Origin: an uncultured bacterium
Lineage (GTDB): Bacteria > Planctomycetota > Planctomycetia > Gemmatales > Gemmataceae
DNA: 55,694 nucleotides
NCBI GenBank assembly: GCA_963923445.1
Contig: CAWUNZ010000001.1
Location: forward strand, 1 to 55,694
Direction: 5' to 3'
Below are positions 38,854 to 48,842 of this stretch, piece by piece. How positions within the stretch are numbered: position 1 is the first letter of the stretch; each line of letters starts with the position of its first letter. Both the position numbers and the translations under genes were made by a program. A model generated the notes under the pieces. The model did no database searches and had not been told where the DNA came from. It worked only from the letters and a program-made list of their open reading frames with translations.

Positions 38854-38867
38854 AGGGGAATTTGCCC

Positions 38868-40022
38868 ATGTCGGACAGTCCATGGCGCCAAGGCCGAACC
38901 CGTTCCACCGGGATGCCGTGGACCGTGTTCGCCCTCGGCATCCTCGCGGGAGTCGCCCTGCTGGCCCTTCGGGACAGATTTTTTCCTCCGGCGCGCAGCG
39001 GGGCGGAACCCGAACCACGCGTTGTCACGCCCCGGGGAGACCTCGCCGCAGACGAGCAATCGACCATCTCCCTTTATGAAACCGCACGGAAGGGGGTGGT
39101 TCATATCACCACTCTCGTGGAACGCAACTCGCGCGGCTTTCTCGGTGGTCGGGAAATGAAGAGCGGAACCGGGTCGGGCTTCCTGTGGGACTCAGCCGGG
39201 CATGTGGTGACCAATTTTCATGTGATCCAGCAGGCGGATGCCGCCGAGGTGACCCTTCACGACCGCGCGACCTTCCGTGCCCGGGTGGTGGGAGTGTTCC
39301 CGGAGACCGACCTCGCCGTGCTGCGGATCGACGCGGGCGCCACCAAACTTGAACCGCTGCCCATCGGCAGTTCGCACGACCTGAAGGTGGGCCAGAAGGT
39401 GTTCGCCATCGGCAACCCCTTCGGACTGGACCAGACGCTCACCACCGGAATCATTTCGGCATTGGGCCGGGAAATCGACGGTGAGAACGGCCAACGAATC
39501 CGCAACGCCATCCAGACCGACGCGGCGATCAACCCGGGCAATTCCGGAGGGCCCCTGCTTGATTCGGCGGGCAGGCTTATTGGAGTGAACACCGCCATTT
39601 ACAGCCCATCGGGTGTTTCAGCGGGCATCGGGTTCGCCATTCCCGTGGACGATGTCAACCGGATCGTGCCGCAGTTGATCACCGATGGAAAAATTGAAAG
39701 GCCGGCATTGGGTATTTCCCTGTTGCCCGAGGCCACGGCGCGTTCGCTGGGGTTGGACGGACTCGTCATCAGCGAGGTTGTGCCCGGCGGCGCGGCGCAG
39801 AAGGCGGGCCTGCGCGGATTGTCGTCAGACCGCTTTGGTCGGACCCGCTTGGGCGATGTGCTCCTCAAGATCGACGGCCAAGCGTTGGCCACCCTCCGCG
39901 ACCTGCAGGCTCACCTGGCCCGGCGGAAGGTGGGCGACATGGTGACCGTGACCATCCTTCGGGATGGTGAATCGGTGGACATAACCACCTCCCTGGCGCC
40001 GCAACCCGGGCTGTGGCGGTGA
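38868..40022 (+). CDS. HtrA/DegP-family trypsin-like serine protease with PDZ domain
   Basis: Catalytic TNFHV / DLAVLRI / GNSGGPL and a C-terminal PDZ (GLVISEVVPGGAAQKAGL). ATG 38868 is preceded by AAGGGGA; the track start 38862 is TTG. Confidence 0.92.
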   Translation: MSDSPWRQGRTRSTGMPWTVFALGILAGVALLALRDRFFPPARSGAEPEPRVVTPRGDLAADEQSTISLYETARKGVVHITTLVERNSRGFLGGREMKSGTGSGFLWDSAGHVVTNFHVIQQADAAEVTLHDRATFRARVVGVFPETDLAVLRIDAGATKLEPLPIGSSHDLKVGQKVFAIGNPFGLDQTLTTGIISALGREIDGENGQRIRNAIQTDAAINPGNSGGPLLDSAGRLIGVNTAIYSPSGVSAGIGFAIPVDDVNRIVPQLITDGKIERPALGISLLPEATARSLGLDGLVISEVVPGGAAQKAGLRGLSSDRFGRTRLGDVLLKIDGQALATLRDLQAHLARRKVGDMVTVTILRDGESVDITTSLAPQPGLWR

Positions 40023-40105
40023 CTTGTGTCGCCTCTTGATTTTCCCTCAAGTTTTCCGCTATCTGCGCCGCACTGAAAAACCGTGTCCGTGACCGGAGTG
40101 CGTTC

Positions 40106-41449
40106 ATGCTCAGGATCAAGTCGTGGTTAACCGGCGGCGCCGCCTTGGGATTGGCCTTTATTTCAGGGCCGGTCAGGCAAGCACACGGGGCACCACCTGA
40201 CGCGGTGGAGGCGTTTCGCCTCGAACTGCGCGCCAATCCGAGCGACCCGGCGGAATGGGAGGCCCGGTTGCGGCGCCGCGCCGCGGAACTGGTGTCGCTC
40301 AAGGAAGTGCGCGAGGCGCTTCAACTGGCTGAATGGCGAAGCGCCTCGGGAGACAATAAGGTGCAGGGGGTGGAAAACCGCCTTCGCGTGGAATTGATGA
40401 CCCGGCTGGTTGAGGGTTACCGCCAAACCCTGAAGTCTTCCGACACCAAATCGGCAGCGCAGTTGATGGAACGGTTGGATGAGGTGACGCGGGGCCAAAA
40501 CGCCAGCGTTTCCATCCTTGAGGCGTGCGCCGAGTTGCTGCCGGAACTGGAAAGGCAGGTCAGGCAGGGTGAACCCGAAGCCCGTTCCAGCGGTTTGCGG
40601 GTGATCGGACGCCTTCCCACCAAGCAGGAAACGGTATTGGGAGTGCTCAAGGAATTGGCCGGGCCCAGCCAACCCGCCGACACGCGGTTTCTGGCCGCCG
40701 AGGCGCTCGAGTCGCAGGTTCGGCTGAAAACCCGGGCCGGGGAAAAATCCAGGGCTGCTTATGAGCCCATGGGAGGCTTCTCCCAAGCGGTGGGGCCGAT
40801 CATTCGCCTGCTTGCCGGGGATACCCAGGCAAGGGTTCGTCGCCTGGCCATGAACGCATCCAACATGGTGGCGGCAGGGTTGAACACCGCGCTGACGGAA
40901 CCGATCATCGCCCCGGCGGGAACGGACGCGGCGGTGTTCCTGAGCCAATCACCCATCCATGCAGACCAGAGGTCCATGCTCGCTGCCGTTCGCGACCTGA
41001 TGACGGCGGCCGGTCCAGCCCTTCGTGATCCGGACGCCGGTGTGCGTGTTCTGGCCCAAAAATTCTTCGATGAGGCGGCAAGGGCGAGACTCGCATGGAA
41101 TGCCCTTCCCGGGCATTCAGGGGAGGATCCGCTGCGCGAGGGCCTCAAGGCGATATTGCCAACCTTGATCGAGGCCATTCGCGACCCCGATCCGAGGGTA
41201 CGCCGGGCGACGATTGATGTGCTTGAATCGATGGGTCCGGACGCCACTCCCGCCGCCGTTGCCCTTGGCGAGGCGCTGGGAGACCAGGACGCGTTTGTCC
41301 GCTGGGCGGCGGTGCGATCGCTTTCCAGCCTTGGGGGCGAGGCAACCAAGGCGGCGCTGCCAAGATTGCGGAATCTGGCCTCCGATCCCGACACCGATGT
41401 CCGGGAAGCCGCCGAGGCCGCCGTGAGGCGCCTTGAACCCCGTCGGTAG
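40106..41449 (+). CDS. HEAT-repeat protein, secreted
   Basis: Signal peptide MLRIKSWLTGGAALGLAFISGPVRQAHG. Repeated DPDxxVRxxAxxxL units (DPDPRVRRATIDVL, DQDAFVRWAAVRSL, DPDTDVREAAEAAV). Confidence 0.8.
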   Translation: MLRIKSWLTGGAALGLAFISGPVRQAHGAPPDAVEAFRLELRANPSDPAEWEARLRRRAAELVSLKEVREALQLAEWRSASGDNKVQGVENRLRVELMTRLVEGYRQTLKSSDTKSAAQLMERLDEVTRGQNASVSILEACAELLPELERQVRQGEPEARSSGLRVIGRLPTKQETVLGVLKELAGPSQPADTRFLAAEALESQVRLKTRAGEKSRAAYEPMGGFSQAVGPIIRLLAGDTQARVRRLAMNASNMVAAGLNTALTEPIIAPAGTDAAVFLSQSPIHADQRSMLAAVRDLMTAAGPALRDPDAGVRVLAQKFFDEAARARLAWNALPGHSGEDPLREGLKAILPTLIEAIRDPDPRVRRATIDVLESMGPDATPAAVALGEALGDQDAFVRWAAVRSLSSLGGEATKAALPRLRNLASDPDTDVREAAEAAVRRLEPRR

Positions 41450-41544
41450 GCTCGCCTCCACGCCGTTTGCCACCTTGGCGTCGCCATGCTAGCGTGAATT
41501 GCCGAATGATCGGGTCGGCAACCGCCGGCATGGAGGCGTCCTGA

Positions 41545-43311
41545 ATGCTGCATGTGGTTGTTCGCCCCAAGGACGGGCCCAAACTCACCGTCGAGCACCA
41601 GACTGGGCCGCTCATCCTCGGCGCCTTGCGCGACAATGTGCCCCCGAGCACCGATGCCAACCGCTTGGAATGGAAAGACCCGTTCGTTTCGGCCCGCCAT
41701 ATTGAACTGACCCCGGGCTGGGGCAATATCCTGCGCTTCAGGAACATCAGCGCCCGCAACAACGCCAGGCTCGACAACGGAACGATTGTCCCTCCAAACT
41801 CCGAGAGGGACTTGGCGTTGGCTCCCTCCATTCCGCTGCTGTTCACCATCGGTGAAACCCAGATATCCGTGGAATTGGTCGAGGATCCCCTGGCCTCGCT
41901 GCCGATGGTTTCGCTGGCGGGCCTTGAGGGAAGCATGCGACTGGCGGAAGTGGAGTCAGTCGCCGATCAGGGCGCCGAGCGGCTGGCGGTATGGCTCAAC
42001 ACGCTTGTCGACCTCCAGCGCAGCGCGGCCAGCAACAGGGAGTTCTTCCAGCACACAAGCAGGGCCCTTGTGGAACTCATCGGGCTGGACAAGGGACTCG
42101 TGCTCCTCAAGCGCAAAAACAGGTGGAGTGTTGAGGCCCGTTTTCCGGCGGGGGAATACGAGGGCACGGTCCGCGAGTTCTCGAGTTCCGTGCTGGCGCG
42201 TATCGAGGAGGACCGAAAGACCTACTTCAGCGACAGCGGCAGCATCAGCTCCGCCGAAAGCCTGGCCTCGGTGCAAGCCGTGGTGGCCAGCCCGATCATG
42301 AACCACAAGGGGGAGGTCATCGGCGCGGTCTACGGAATCAGAGACAAAAACACACGCAAAAACCTTGATATCACCATCGGCAACCTCGAGGCCCAGATGG
42401 TCCGCCTGCTGGCTTCCACGGTGGCCGTGGGCATAGCCAGGCTCGAGACCGCCTCAAACTTCAACGCCTTCTTCGGGTCGGAACTGGCGCTGGAACTGGA
42501 GAAGAACCCGGGACTTCTGGCGGGACAGGAGCGCACCGTTTCGGTCCTGTTCGCGGACATCCGGGGATTTTCCCGGTTCTCCCAGCAGTTGGGGCCGACC
42601 GAGACCTGCAAGCTTGTCGGCGATGTCATGGACAAGCTGAGCCGCTGCGTGCGCGAGCACAAGGGCGTCATTGTGTCCTTCATGGGTGACGGCATCCTCG
42701 CCATGTGGAACGCCCCGCAGGACCAACCCGACCACGCCGAACGCGCCGTGCGCGCCGGACATGCCATGATCCGCTGCCTTGACACGGTGAACACGACCTG
42801 GAGCGGCAAGGCGGGAAGCATCAAGGTGGGAGTCGGGATCAGCAGCGGTCCGGCGGTCTGCGGCAACACCGGCAGCTCGGTCAAGTTCCAGTATGGCCCC
42901 TTGGGCAACACCGTGAATGTCGCCAGCAGGGTGGAGGGCGCGACCAAGCATTTCGGCGTCAGCATGCTGGTGACGGGTTCCACCCTCGAGCTGCTTGGCG
43001 GCAAGTTCATCAACCGCCGGGTTCGCACCGTGCGCCTCAAGGGGATTCCCGAGGATGTCACGCTGTTCGAGGTCTTTGAAAATTCTGACGCCGCCTCCGC
43101 GGCTTCGCTGAGGGATTTCACCGAGAAGTACGAGCGCGCCCTGGGCCATTACGAGAGTTCAAGGCACCTCGAGGCCGTGCGCTCGCTCCAGGAGATCATG
43201 GCCAACAACGCGGACCCCGACGGCCCCACGCTGGCGCTCCTGATGCGCTCGGTGTCGGCCTTGGGGCAAATCGAACAAGGTTCTCCCATTGAGGAAATGT
43301 CCAGCAAGTGA
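41545..43311 (+). CDS. FHA-like / GAF / class III adenylate-guanylate cyclase
   Basis: N-terminal FHA-like segment (VSARHIEL...RFRNISARNNARLDNG), a central GAF-like region, and a cyclase core VLFADIRGFS, GDGILAMWNAP, GPLGNTVNVASRVE. Confidence 0.88.
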   Translation: MLHVVVRPKDGPKLTVEHQTGPLILGALRDNVPPSTDANRLEWKDPFVSARHIELTPGWGNILRFRNISARNNARLDNGTIVPPNSERDLALAPSIPLLFTIGETQISVELVEDPLASLPMVSLAGLEGSMRLAEVESVADQGAERLAVWLNTLVDLQRSAASNREFFQHTSRALVELIGLDKGLVLLKRKNRWSVEARFPAGEYEGTVREFSSSVLARIEEDRKTYFSDSGSISSAESLASVQAVVASPIMNHKGEVIGAVYGIRDKNTRKNLDITIGNLEAQMVRLLASTVAVGIARLETASNFNAFFGSELALELEKNPGLLAGQERTVSVLFADIRGFSRFSQQLGPTETCKLVGDVMDKLSRCVREHKGVIVSFMGDGILAMWNAPQDQPDHAERAVRAGHAMIRCLDTVNTTWSGKAGSIKVGVGISSGPAVCGNTGSSVKFQYGPLGNTVNVASRVEGATKHFGVSMLVTGSTLELLGGKFINRRVRTVRLKGIPEDVTLFEVFENSDAASAASLRDFTEKYERALGHYESSRHLEAVRSLQEIMANNADPDGPTLALLMRSVSALGQIEQGSPIEEMSSK

Positions 43312-43321
43312 GGCCCGCCCC

Positions 43322-44686
43322 ATGATGGCCGCCAACCGCCGCCGCTTCCTGTCCACCCTTGCCGCGGGCGCCCTTGTCGCCAAGCCGCTGTCGGCGCAGG
43401 AAGAAGCCCTGCCCCCCGATATATCCACACGCGCGGGAGAAGATTGGCCGGCCCTCCTCGGGCCACGGGGCGACAGCATCTCCACCGGCCCGGAACCGGG
43501 CGCCTGGCCAAAAACCGGCCCGCGGATCGTGTTCTCGTTGGAAATGGGTGAAGGCTACGCGATGCCGTCGGTGTCCCGGGGACGCCTCTTCGCCTTCGAC
43601 CGTTTCGGCGCGCAGGCCCGCCTCCGGTGCGTGAACGCCGAAACAGCCAAGCCCATCTGGGAGTTCACCTATCCCACCGCCTACGAGGACAAGTACGGCT
43701 ACGACGGCGGTCCACGCACAAGCCCCGTGGTGGATGGAGCACGTGTTTACATTTACGGCCCCGAGGGAATGCTGCACGCCCTGGATACCGCAACCGGCAG
43801 GGTGCTCTGGAAACGCGACACCACCGCCGAATTCGGCGTGGTTCAAAACTTCTTCGGCGTGGGCAGCACGCCGATTGTCCATGGCCCCTGGCTGTTGGCC
43901 CAGGTGGGTGGAAGTCCCCAGGGCACCGACCCGTCGGACTTCATCAACCTGAAATCCACCGGCACCGCCCTTGTCGCCTTCGACAAGCGCACGGGCGCCA
44001 TCGCCTGGAAAGCGGCTGACGACCTCGCCAGCTATTCAAGCCCCGTGGTGACCACGCTGGGAGGTCGCCAAACCTGCCTGCTTTTAGCCCGAACGGGGTT
44101 ATGGGCGATCGATCTGGCGGAACCCAAGGGGCGCCTTCTCACGCCGTGGCGCGCTCCCATTCTGGAGAGCGTGAACGCCGCCAACCCGATCCCCCTTGAT
44201 GATGGTCACATCCTCATTTCCGAGACTTACGGCCCGGGAGCGGCGCTGGTGAAGGCCGCGGGCCCTTCCGGCGAGATCGTCTGGAGCGACAAGGACAAAC
44301 GAACGGGCAAAAGCCTTCAGGCGCACTGGTGCACCCCCGTGCGTATGGATGATGTCGTGTTCGCCTCGTCCGGCAGGCATGAGGGCAACGCGGAACTGCG
44401 TTGCGTGAGGTGGAAGGACGGCAAGGTTCTTTGGAGTGAGCCGGGACTGGGGCGTTGCTCCATTTTGCGGGTGGGTTCCACACTGATTGTTCAGGCCGAG
44501 CGTGGCGAGGTGCTGCTGGTGTCGGCTACCCGGGAGAAATACACCGAGAAATCCCGCCACCTCCTGATCGACTCATTCGGCCGACCGCTTCTCAGGTATC
44601 CATGCTGGGCGGCGCCGATGATGGCCCGGGGCCTTCTCTACCTGAGGGGCACCGGTCGCCTTGTCTGCGTCGAGACCAAGGGGTAA
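43322..44686 (+). CDS. PQQ-like beta-propeller repeat protein, Tat signal
   Basis: MMAANRRRFLSTLAAGALVA, then EDWPALLGPRGD and propeller blade repeats. ATG at 43322. Confidence 0.85.
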   Translation: MMAANRRRFLSTLAAGALVAKPLSAQEEALPPDISTRAGEDWPALLGPRGDSISTGPEPGAWPKTGPRIVFSLEMGEGYAMPSVSRGRLFAFDRFGAQARLRCVNAETAKPIWEFTYPTAYEDKYGYDGGPRTSPVVDGARVYIYGPEGMLHALDTATGRVLWKRDTTAEFGVVQNFFGVGSTPIVHGPWLLAQVGGSPQGTDPSDFINLKSTGTALVAFDKRTGAIAWKAADDLASYSSPVVTTLGGRQTCLLLARTGLWAIDLAEPKGRLLTPWRAPILESVNAANPIPLDDGHILISETYGPGAALVKAAGPSGEIVWSDKDKRTGKSLQAHWCTPVRMDDVVFASSGRHEGNAELRCVRWKDGKVLWSEPGLGRCSILRVGSTLIVQAERGEVLLVSATREKYTEKSRHLLIDSFGRPLLRYPCWAAPMMARGLLYLRGTGRLVCVETKG

Positions 44687-44696
44687 GGCGACCACC

Positions 44697-46091
44697 TCAG
44701 GACAAAATGTCCTCGATCAACTCTCCGTGCACATCGGTCAGGCGCCGGCGGGCGCCATTGCTGTAGTAGGTCACCTTCTGGTGATCGAGGCCCAGCAAGT
44801 GCAACACCGTGGCGTGAAAATCGTAAAGGGTGGCTTTCCCTTCCACCGGGGCGAATCCGAAGGGGTCGGTTTGTCCATGATGGTATCCGGGCTTGAGTCC
44901 GGCACCCGCCATCCACATCGTGAAGCCCAACGGGTGATGATCGCGACCCTTGGCGCCGATTCCCTCAGTGATCGGCGTGCGTCCGAACTCCGTGGTCCAA
45001 AGCACGAGGGTGTCGTCCATCATCCCGCGAGCGCGCAGGTCGGCCAGCAGGGCGGCGACAGGCTGATCGACCAGGCCAGCCTGCTCGCGGTGGTTGATGG
45101 TGATGTCCTCATGGGCATCCCAATTGATGCGGGGAGAACCGAAGGCGCCTCCATGGATGATTTGCACAAAGCGGACACCGCGCTCGATCAGGCGACGGGC
45201 CAACAGGAAATTGCGCGCCGTGGGGCCGATTCTTGAATCATCGACACCGTACATCCTGCGGGTCGCGGCGCCCTCGGCATCGAGGTTGGCTGCTTCCGGA
45301 ATGCTCGACTGCATTCGACCGGCCAAGGCGTATGCCTCCATCCGGGCCCGAATGGTCGAGTCTGCCGGGTCGGTTGCCGCGAGGCCGGAGTCCATCGCGC
45401 GGACAAGGTTCAAAGATCTTTCCCTGCTCGCGGCACTCACCTCGGCGGGACGATCGAGGTCATCCACCAAGGCGCCCCTTGAGCGGAACGCCACCCCTTG
45501 GTGCTCGGCCGGCAAAAATCCGTTGCTCCAGTTGACCGATCCACCCGCGGGGAGGCCGCGAGGATCGGGTAGGACCACAAAGGTGGGAAGGCTTTCCGAA
45601 GCGCGGCCCAAGGCGAAACTGACCCACGAACCAAGGCAGGGAAAACCTTCCTGAATGAAACCGGTGTTCAGTTGGAACGCGGCAGGAGTATGGTTGGGGC
45701 TCTTGGCCACCATGCCATGGAGGAAGGTGATGTGATCGGCTTGACGAGCCAGGTAGGGAAACAACTCGCTGACCCAGGCGCCACTTTCACCGTGGCGCGC
45801 GAACTTGAATGGGGATCCCATGAGGCGGCCGGGCCGACCAAAGAAGGTGTCGACCTTGAACCCCTGGGCGTCTTCTCCCGTGCGCTTCAAAAGCTCCGGC
45901 TTGTGGTCGAAGGTGTCGACATGGCTGATGCCACCGGGATTGAAGATTTGGATCACGCGCCGTGCCCGGGGCGGGTGATGGGGCAAAGATTGGATGTCGG
46001 CCCTCGCGTCCCGGGCCAGCAGCCATGCCGTGGCGACAGCACCCAAATCCGCGACACCGCCAAGCCATCTTCTGCGATCGAGCATACGCAT
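44697..46091 (-). CDS. DUF1501 domain protein, Tat signal
   Basis: MLDRRRWLGG leader. Paralogous in pattern to 6587..7963 (…NWDAHED…, TEFGRTP). Confidence 0.9.
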   Translation of the reverse strand: MRMLDRRRWLGGVADLGAVATAWLLARDARADIQSLPHHPPRARRVIQIFNPGGISHVDTFDHKPELLKRTGEDAQGFKVDTFFGRPGRLMGSPFKFARHGESGAWVSELFPYLARQADHITFLHGMVAKSPNHTPAAFQLNTGFIQEGFPCLGSWVSFALGRASESLPTFVVLPDPRGLPAGGSVNWSNGFLPAEHQGVAFRSRGALVDDLDRPAEVSAASRERSLNLVRAMDSGLAATDPADSTIRARMEAYALAGRMQSSIPEAANLDAEGAATRRMYGVDDSRIGPTARNFLLARRLIERGVRFVQIIHGGAFGSPRINWDAHEDITINHREQAGLVDQPVAALLADLRARGMMDDTLVLWTTEFGRTPITEGIGAKGRDHHPLGFTMWMAGAGLKPGYHHGQTDPFGFAPVEGKATLYDFHATVLHLLGLDHQKVTYYSNGARRRLTDVHGELIEDILS

Positions 46092-46096
46092 GGCTC

Positions 46097-48754
46097 CTAG
46101 TCGATCCGGGTGAATGCCGCGCTGTTGAGAACCGCCCAGGCTACGGCCTCCAAGCCGTCCGACCCTGCCAGGGCGATGGCGCGGGAAAAGGCGTCGGGCC
46201 CGGGTTCACGCCCCAGGGCCATGATCCACATGCGCTTCAATTTCAGGTCCGTCGAAGAATCCATCGCGCCGGCGCGCTGGGCCAGGGCCTTGGCGCAGCG
46301 ACGGGCAAGGTCGCCGTTCATCAGGGCCAGCGCCTGCGCCGGGGTTGTGGTGACCGGCCGGGCAGCGGTGCGGACACTGGGGTCGGGGCAGTCAAAGGCA
46401 TCGAGCAGGTTGCTGCGGGCCGAGCGGACCTGCATGCGGTACACCGACCGCCTCCACAGGTCGGGGCCATCCTCATTCTTTTCATGATAAAAAGTAGAAT
46501 TAAAAGTTGAAATAAGGAACGGCCGGTAGGAAGCCCCTCCCATCCGCCGATCGAGCAGGCCCGCGACATGAAGCAGGTTATCGCGCACCGCCTCGGCGTC
46601 CATCCGGCCAGGCGGGAAACGCCACAGCAGTCGGGCCCTTGAATCCACTTCCAGGCCTCGCGCCACCGGGGTCGAGGCCTGCCTGTAGGCACGCGATGAC
46701 ATGATGTGCCTGTGCAGGGCCTTGAGCCTGCCGCCGCCATCCCGCAAAGTCACCGCCAGGTGATCCAGCAGGGCAGGGTTTTCAGGTTTCTCACCGGCAT
46801 TTCCAAGGTCGCTGGGGGTGGACGCGAGTCCGGCGCCAAAATGCCACTGCCAGACACGATTGGCCATGACCCGCCAAACAATCGGGTTTTCCGGTGAGGA
46901 AAGCCAGTCCGCCAAGGCCTGCCTGCGGGCGGCATCGGTGGCATCCGCTGGAAGGCTGAAACGCGCCGGCAGGCACGACAGGCTGGCGGCAACGGCGTCG
47001 CCACGCGGCTTGTCCACATCACCCCGGTGGAGCACCTGAGGACGCCCCGGATCCCCAGGCACCACCGCATACACCTGATCCTGTGGAGGATCTTTTTCCT
47101 GGTCAATAGCGGCAAGGGCCTTGTCAATTTGATCCCGGCGCGCCAGGTCGTTGGCATTCATGGCATCAATCAGGCGCGGCAGACCATCCGGGCCCAAGCG
47201 CCAACTCGCCTCCACCTCGGTCGCGGAAAGCGCCCTGTCGTGGATGCGCATTTCAGAAACGGTTCCGGTGTAATAGCCGGAACTGCCATGGTGCCTCAGG
47301 CCGGCAACCACCTTCCAAGCGCCGGTATCGTAACGAACCAGCCCTTTGGGCGCCGGATTGTACGGGGCACCGTAGGCCTTGCCGTTTCTGTAAAAGGCGA
47401 TGGTGCCATCCGCCTTGTATGAAATCGCCAGATGGACAGAATTTGGAGGCGCCGGTTCGGGCATGGCTCCACTTCGGCCCAACGGCCGGGAACGGGTGTA
47501 ACCATCACTTCCCGCCAGCCAGACACCCGGTTCCAACTCCCCAAGAACGATCGAGTCGAAAACATTGCCACCGAGGTTTTCCACCGTGAGCACACCACCG
47601 CCCCGCTGCTCCAACCCGGCCGGGCGCGTCCAAACCTCAAGGGTTTTCTCGCCAAGGGCGAAGGGGACAGGCCCCGATTCCACCAAGGCTCCCTGCCCGG
47701 TCAAATTGAGCCCGTCCGGGCCAATCACCGCACCACCCTTGGTCTTCAATTCAATTCCCGCCAATTCATCCCGAAGGCTCTTCGCAAGGCTCCAACGCAA
47801 CCGCGGCACGGGGGCATCGGTCCGCTGGGCAGGGGCAATTCGGGCCAAGGCGCTTTTCTCAATCGCCCGCCTTTGGGCAACCAAGTCGTCGCGGCGACGC
47901 TGGCGGTCTCGAATGACTGATTCGCGACGAGCCAAATCCTCGGGCGTGGCGCGGGAGCGAGAACCATGGCGCGCGCCGGCCAGCGCCGCCTTCAACCGGT
48001 GGTAGTCCGCCAAGCTGATGGGATCGAACTTGTGGTCATGGCAGCGGGAACAGTGGACCGTGAGCCCAAGAAACGCCTGCCCCATGGTCCCGACCATGTC
48101 CTCAAGCTCGTCCTCCCGGGCCTTCAGGCGAACAACGGCGTTGTTGGCGCCATTGCCCGCCTCGTCGTACGGGCCCGCAACCAGGAAACCCGTCGCCGCG
48201 ACATCTCCCCCGTTTCCGACGGGTAAAAGGTCTCCAGCCACCTGATTTCGAACAAAATCGCCATAGGCCATGTCAGAATTGAAGGCGCGAATCACCCAGT
48301 CGCGGTAAGGCCACGCGTCGTCACGCGGCTTGTCCCTTTCGTACCCTTGGCTTTCGGCAAACCGCGCGACATCGAGCCAATGCCTGCCCCACCGCTCGCC
48401 ATAAGCCGGACTGGCCAGCAATCGTTCAACAAGCCGTTCCCATGCTCCCGGGTTTTTATCGGATAAAAACTCCTTGCGTTCCTCCGGAGTGGGCAGCAGG
48501 CCCGTGAGGTCGAGGCTGGCGCGGCGGAGAAGTGTTTCCCGATCGGCTTCGGGAGATAATTCCAGCTTCTTGACAGCCATCGAAGCCGTCAAAAAACGGT
48601 CCACGGGGTGGGAGTCTTTACCCGAGGGAACCTCGGGGGCGCGCAGGGTCGCCAAAGACCAAGGCGGTTGAGGTTCCTGCGCGGGGGCGGGAAAAACCAA
48701 GGCCACCAACACCAAGATCATCGCTGACTCCGCGGGCGGGGGAAACCTGATCAT
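46097..48754 (-). CDS. DUF1549 / LamG-like / DUF1553 protein (no cytochrome c module)
   Basis: HPVDRFLTA...LTGLLPTPEE (DUF1549), CSRCHDHKFDP, and a LamG/ConA-like insert ending YYTGTVSEMRIHDRALSATEV. Start set at ATG 48754 (MIRFPPPAESAMILVLVALVFPAPA). The track start 49150 would overlap the DksA-like gene. Confidence 0.87.
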   Translation of the reverse strand: MIRFPPPAESAMILVLVALVFPAPAQEPQPPWSLATLRAPEVPSGKDSHPVDRFLTASMAVKKLELSPEADRETLLRRASLDLTGLLPTPEERKEFLSDKNPGAWERLVERLLASPAYGERWGRHWLDVARFAESQGYERDKPRDDAWPYRDWVIRAFNSDMAYGDFVRNQVAGDLLPVGNGGDVAATGFLVAGPYDEAGNGANNAVVRLKAREDELEDMVGTMGQAFLGLTVHCSRCHDHKFDPISLADYHRLKAALAGARHGSRSRATPEDLARRESVIRDRQRRRDDLVAQRRAIEKSALARIAPAQRTDAPVPRLRWSLAKSLRDELAGIELKTKGGAVIGPDGLNLTGQGALVESGPVPFALGEKTLEVWTRPAGLEQRGGGVLTVENLGGNVFDSIVLGELEPGVWLAGSDGYTRSRPLGRSGAMPEPAPPNSVHLAISYKADGTIAFYRNGKAYGAPYNPAPKGLVRYDTGAWKVVAGLRHHGSSGYYTGTVSEMRIHDRALSATEVEASWRLGPDGLPRLIDAMNANDLARRDQIDKALAAIDQEKDPPQDQVYAVVPGDPGRPQVLHRGDVDKPRGDAVAASLSCLPARFSLPADATDAARRQALADWLSSPENPIVWRVMANRVWQWHFGAGLASTPSDLGNAGEKPENPALLDHLAVTLRDGGGRLKALHRHIMSSRAYRQASTPVARGLEVDSRARLLWRFPPGRMDAEAVRDNLLHVAGLLDRRMGGASYRPFLISTFNSTFYHEKNEDGPDLWRRSVYRMQVRSARSNLLDAFDCPDPSVRTAARPVTTTPAQALALMNGDLARRCAKALAQRAGAMDSSTDLKLKRMWIMALGREPGPDAFSRAIALAGSDGLEAVAWAVLNSAAFTRID

Positions 48755-48842
48755 CCACGCCCCGGCCCAGATGGGCAAGCACCCATGAAGAAGGCCGCGA
48801 ACCGAAGTCCGCGGCCTTCGATAGAAGAGACTGAACCCGGGA

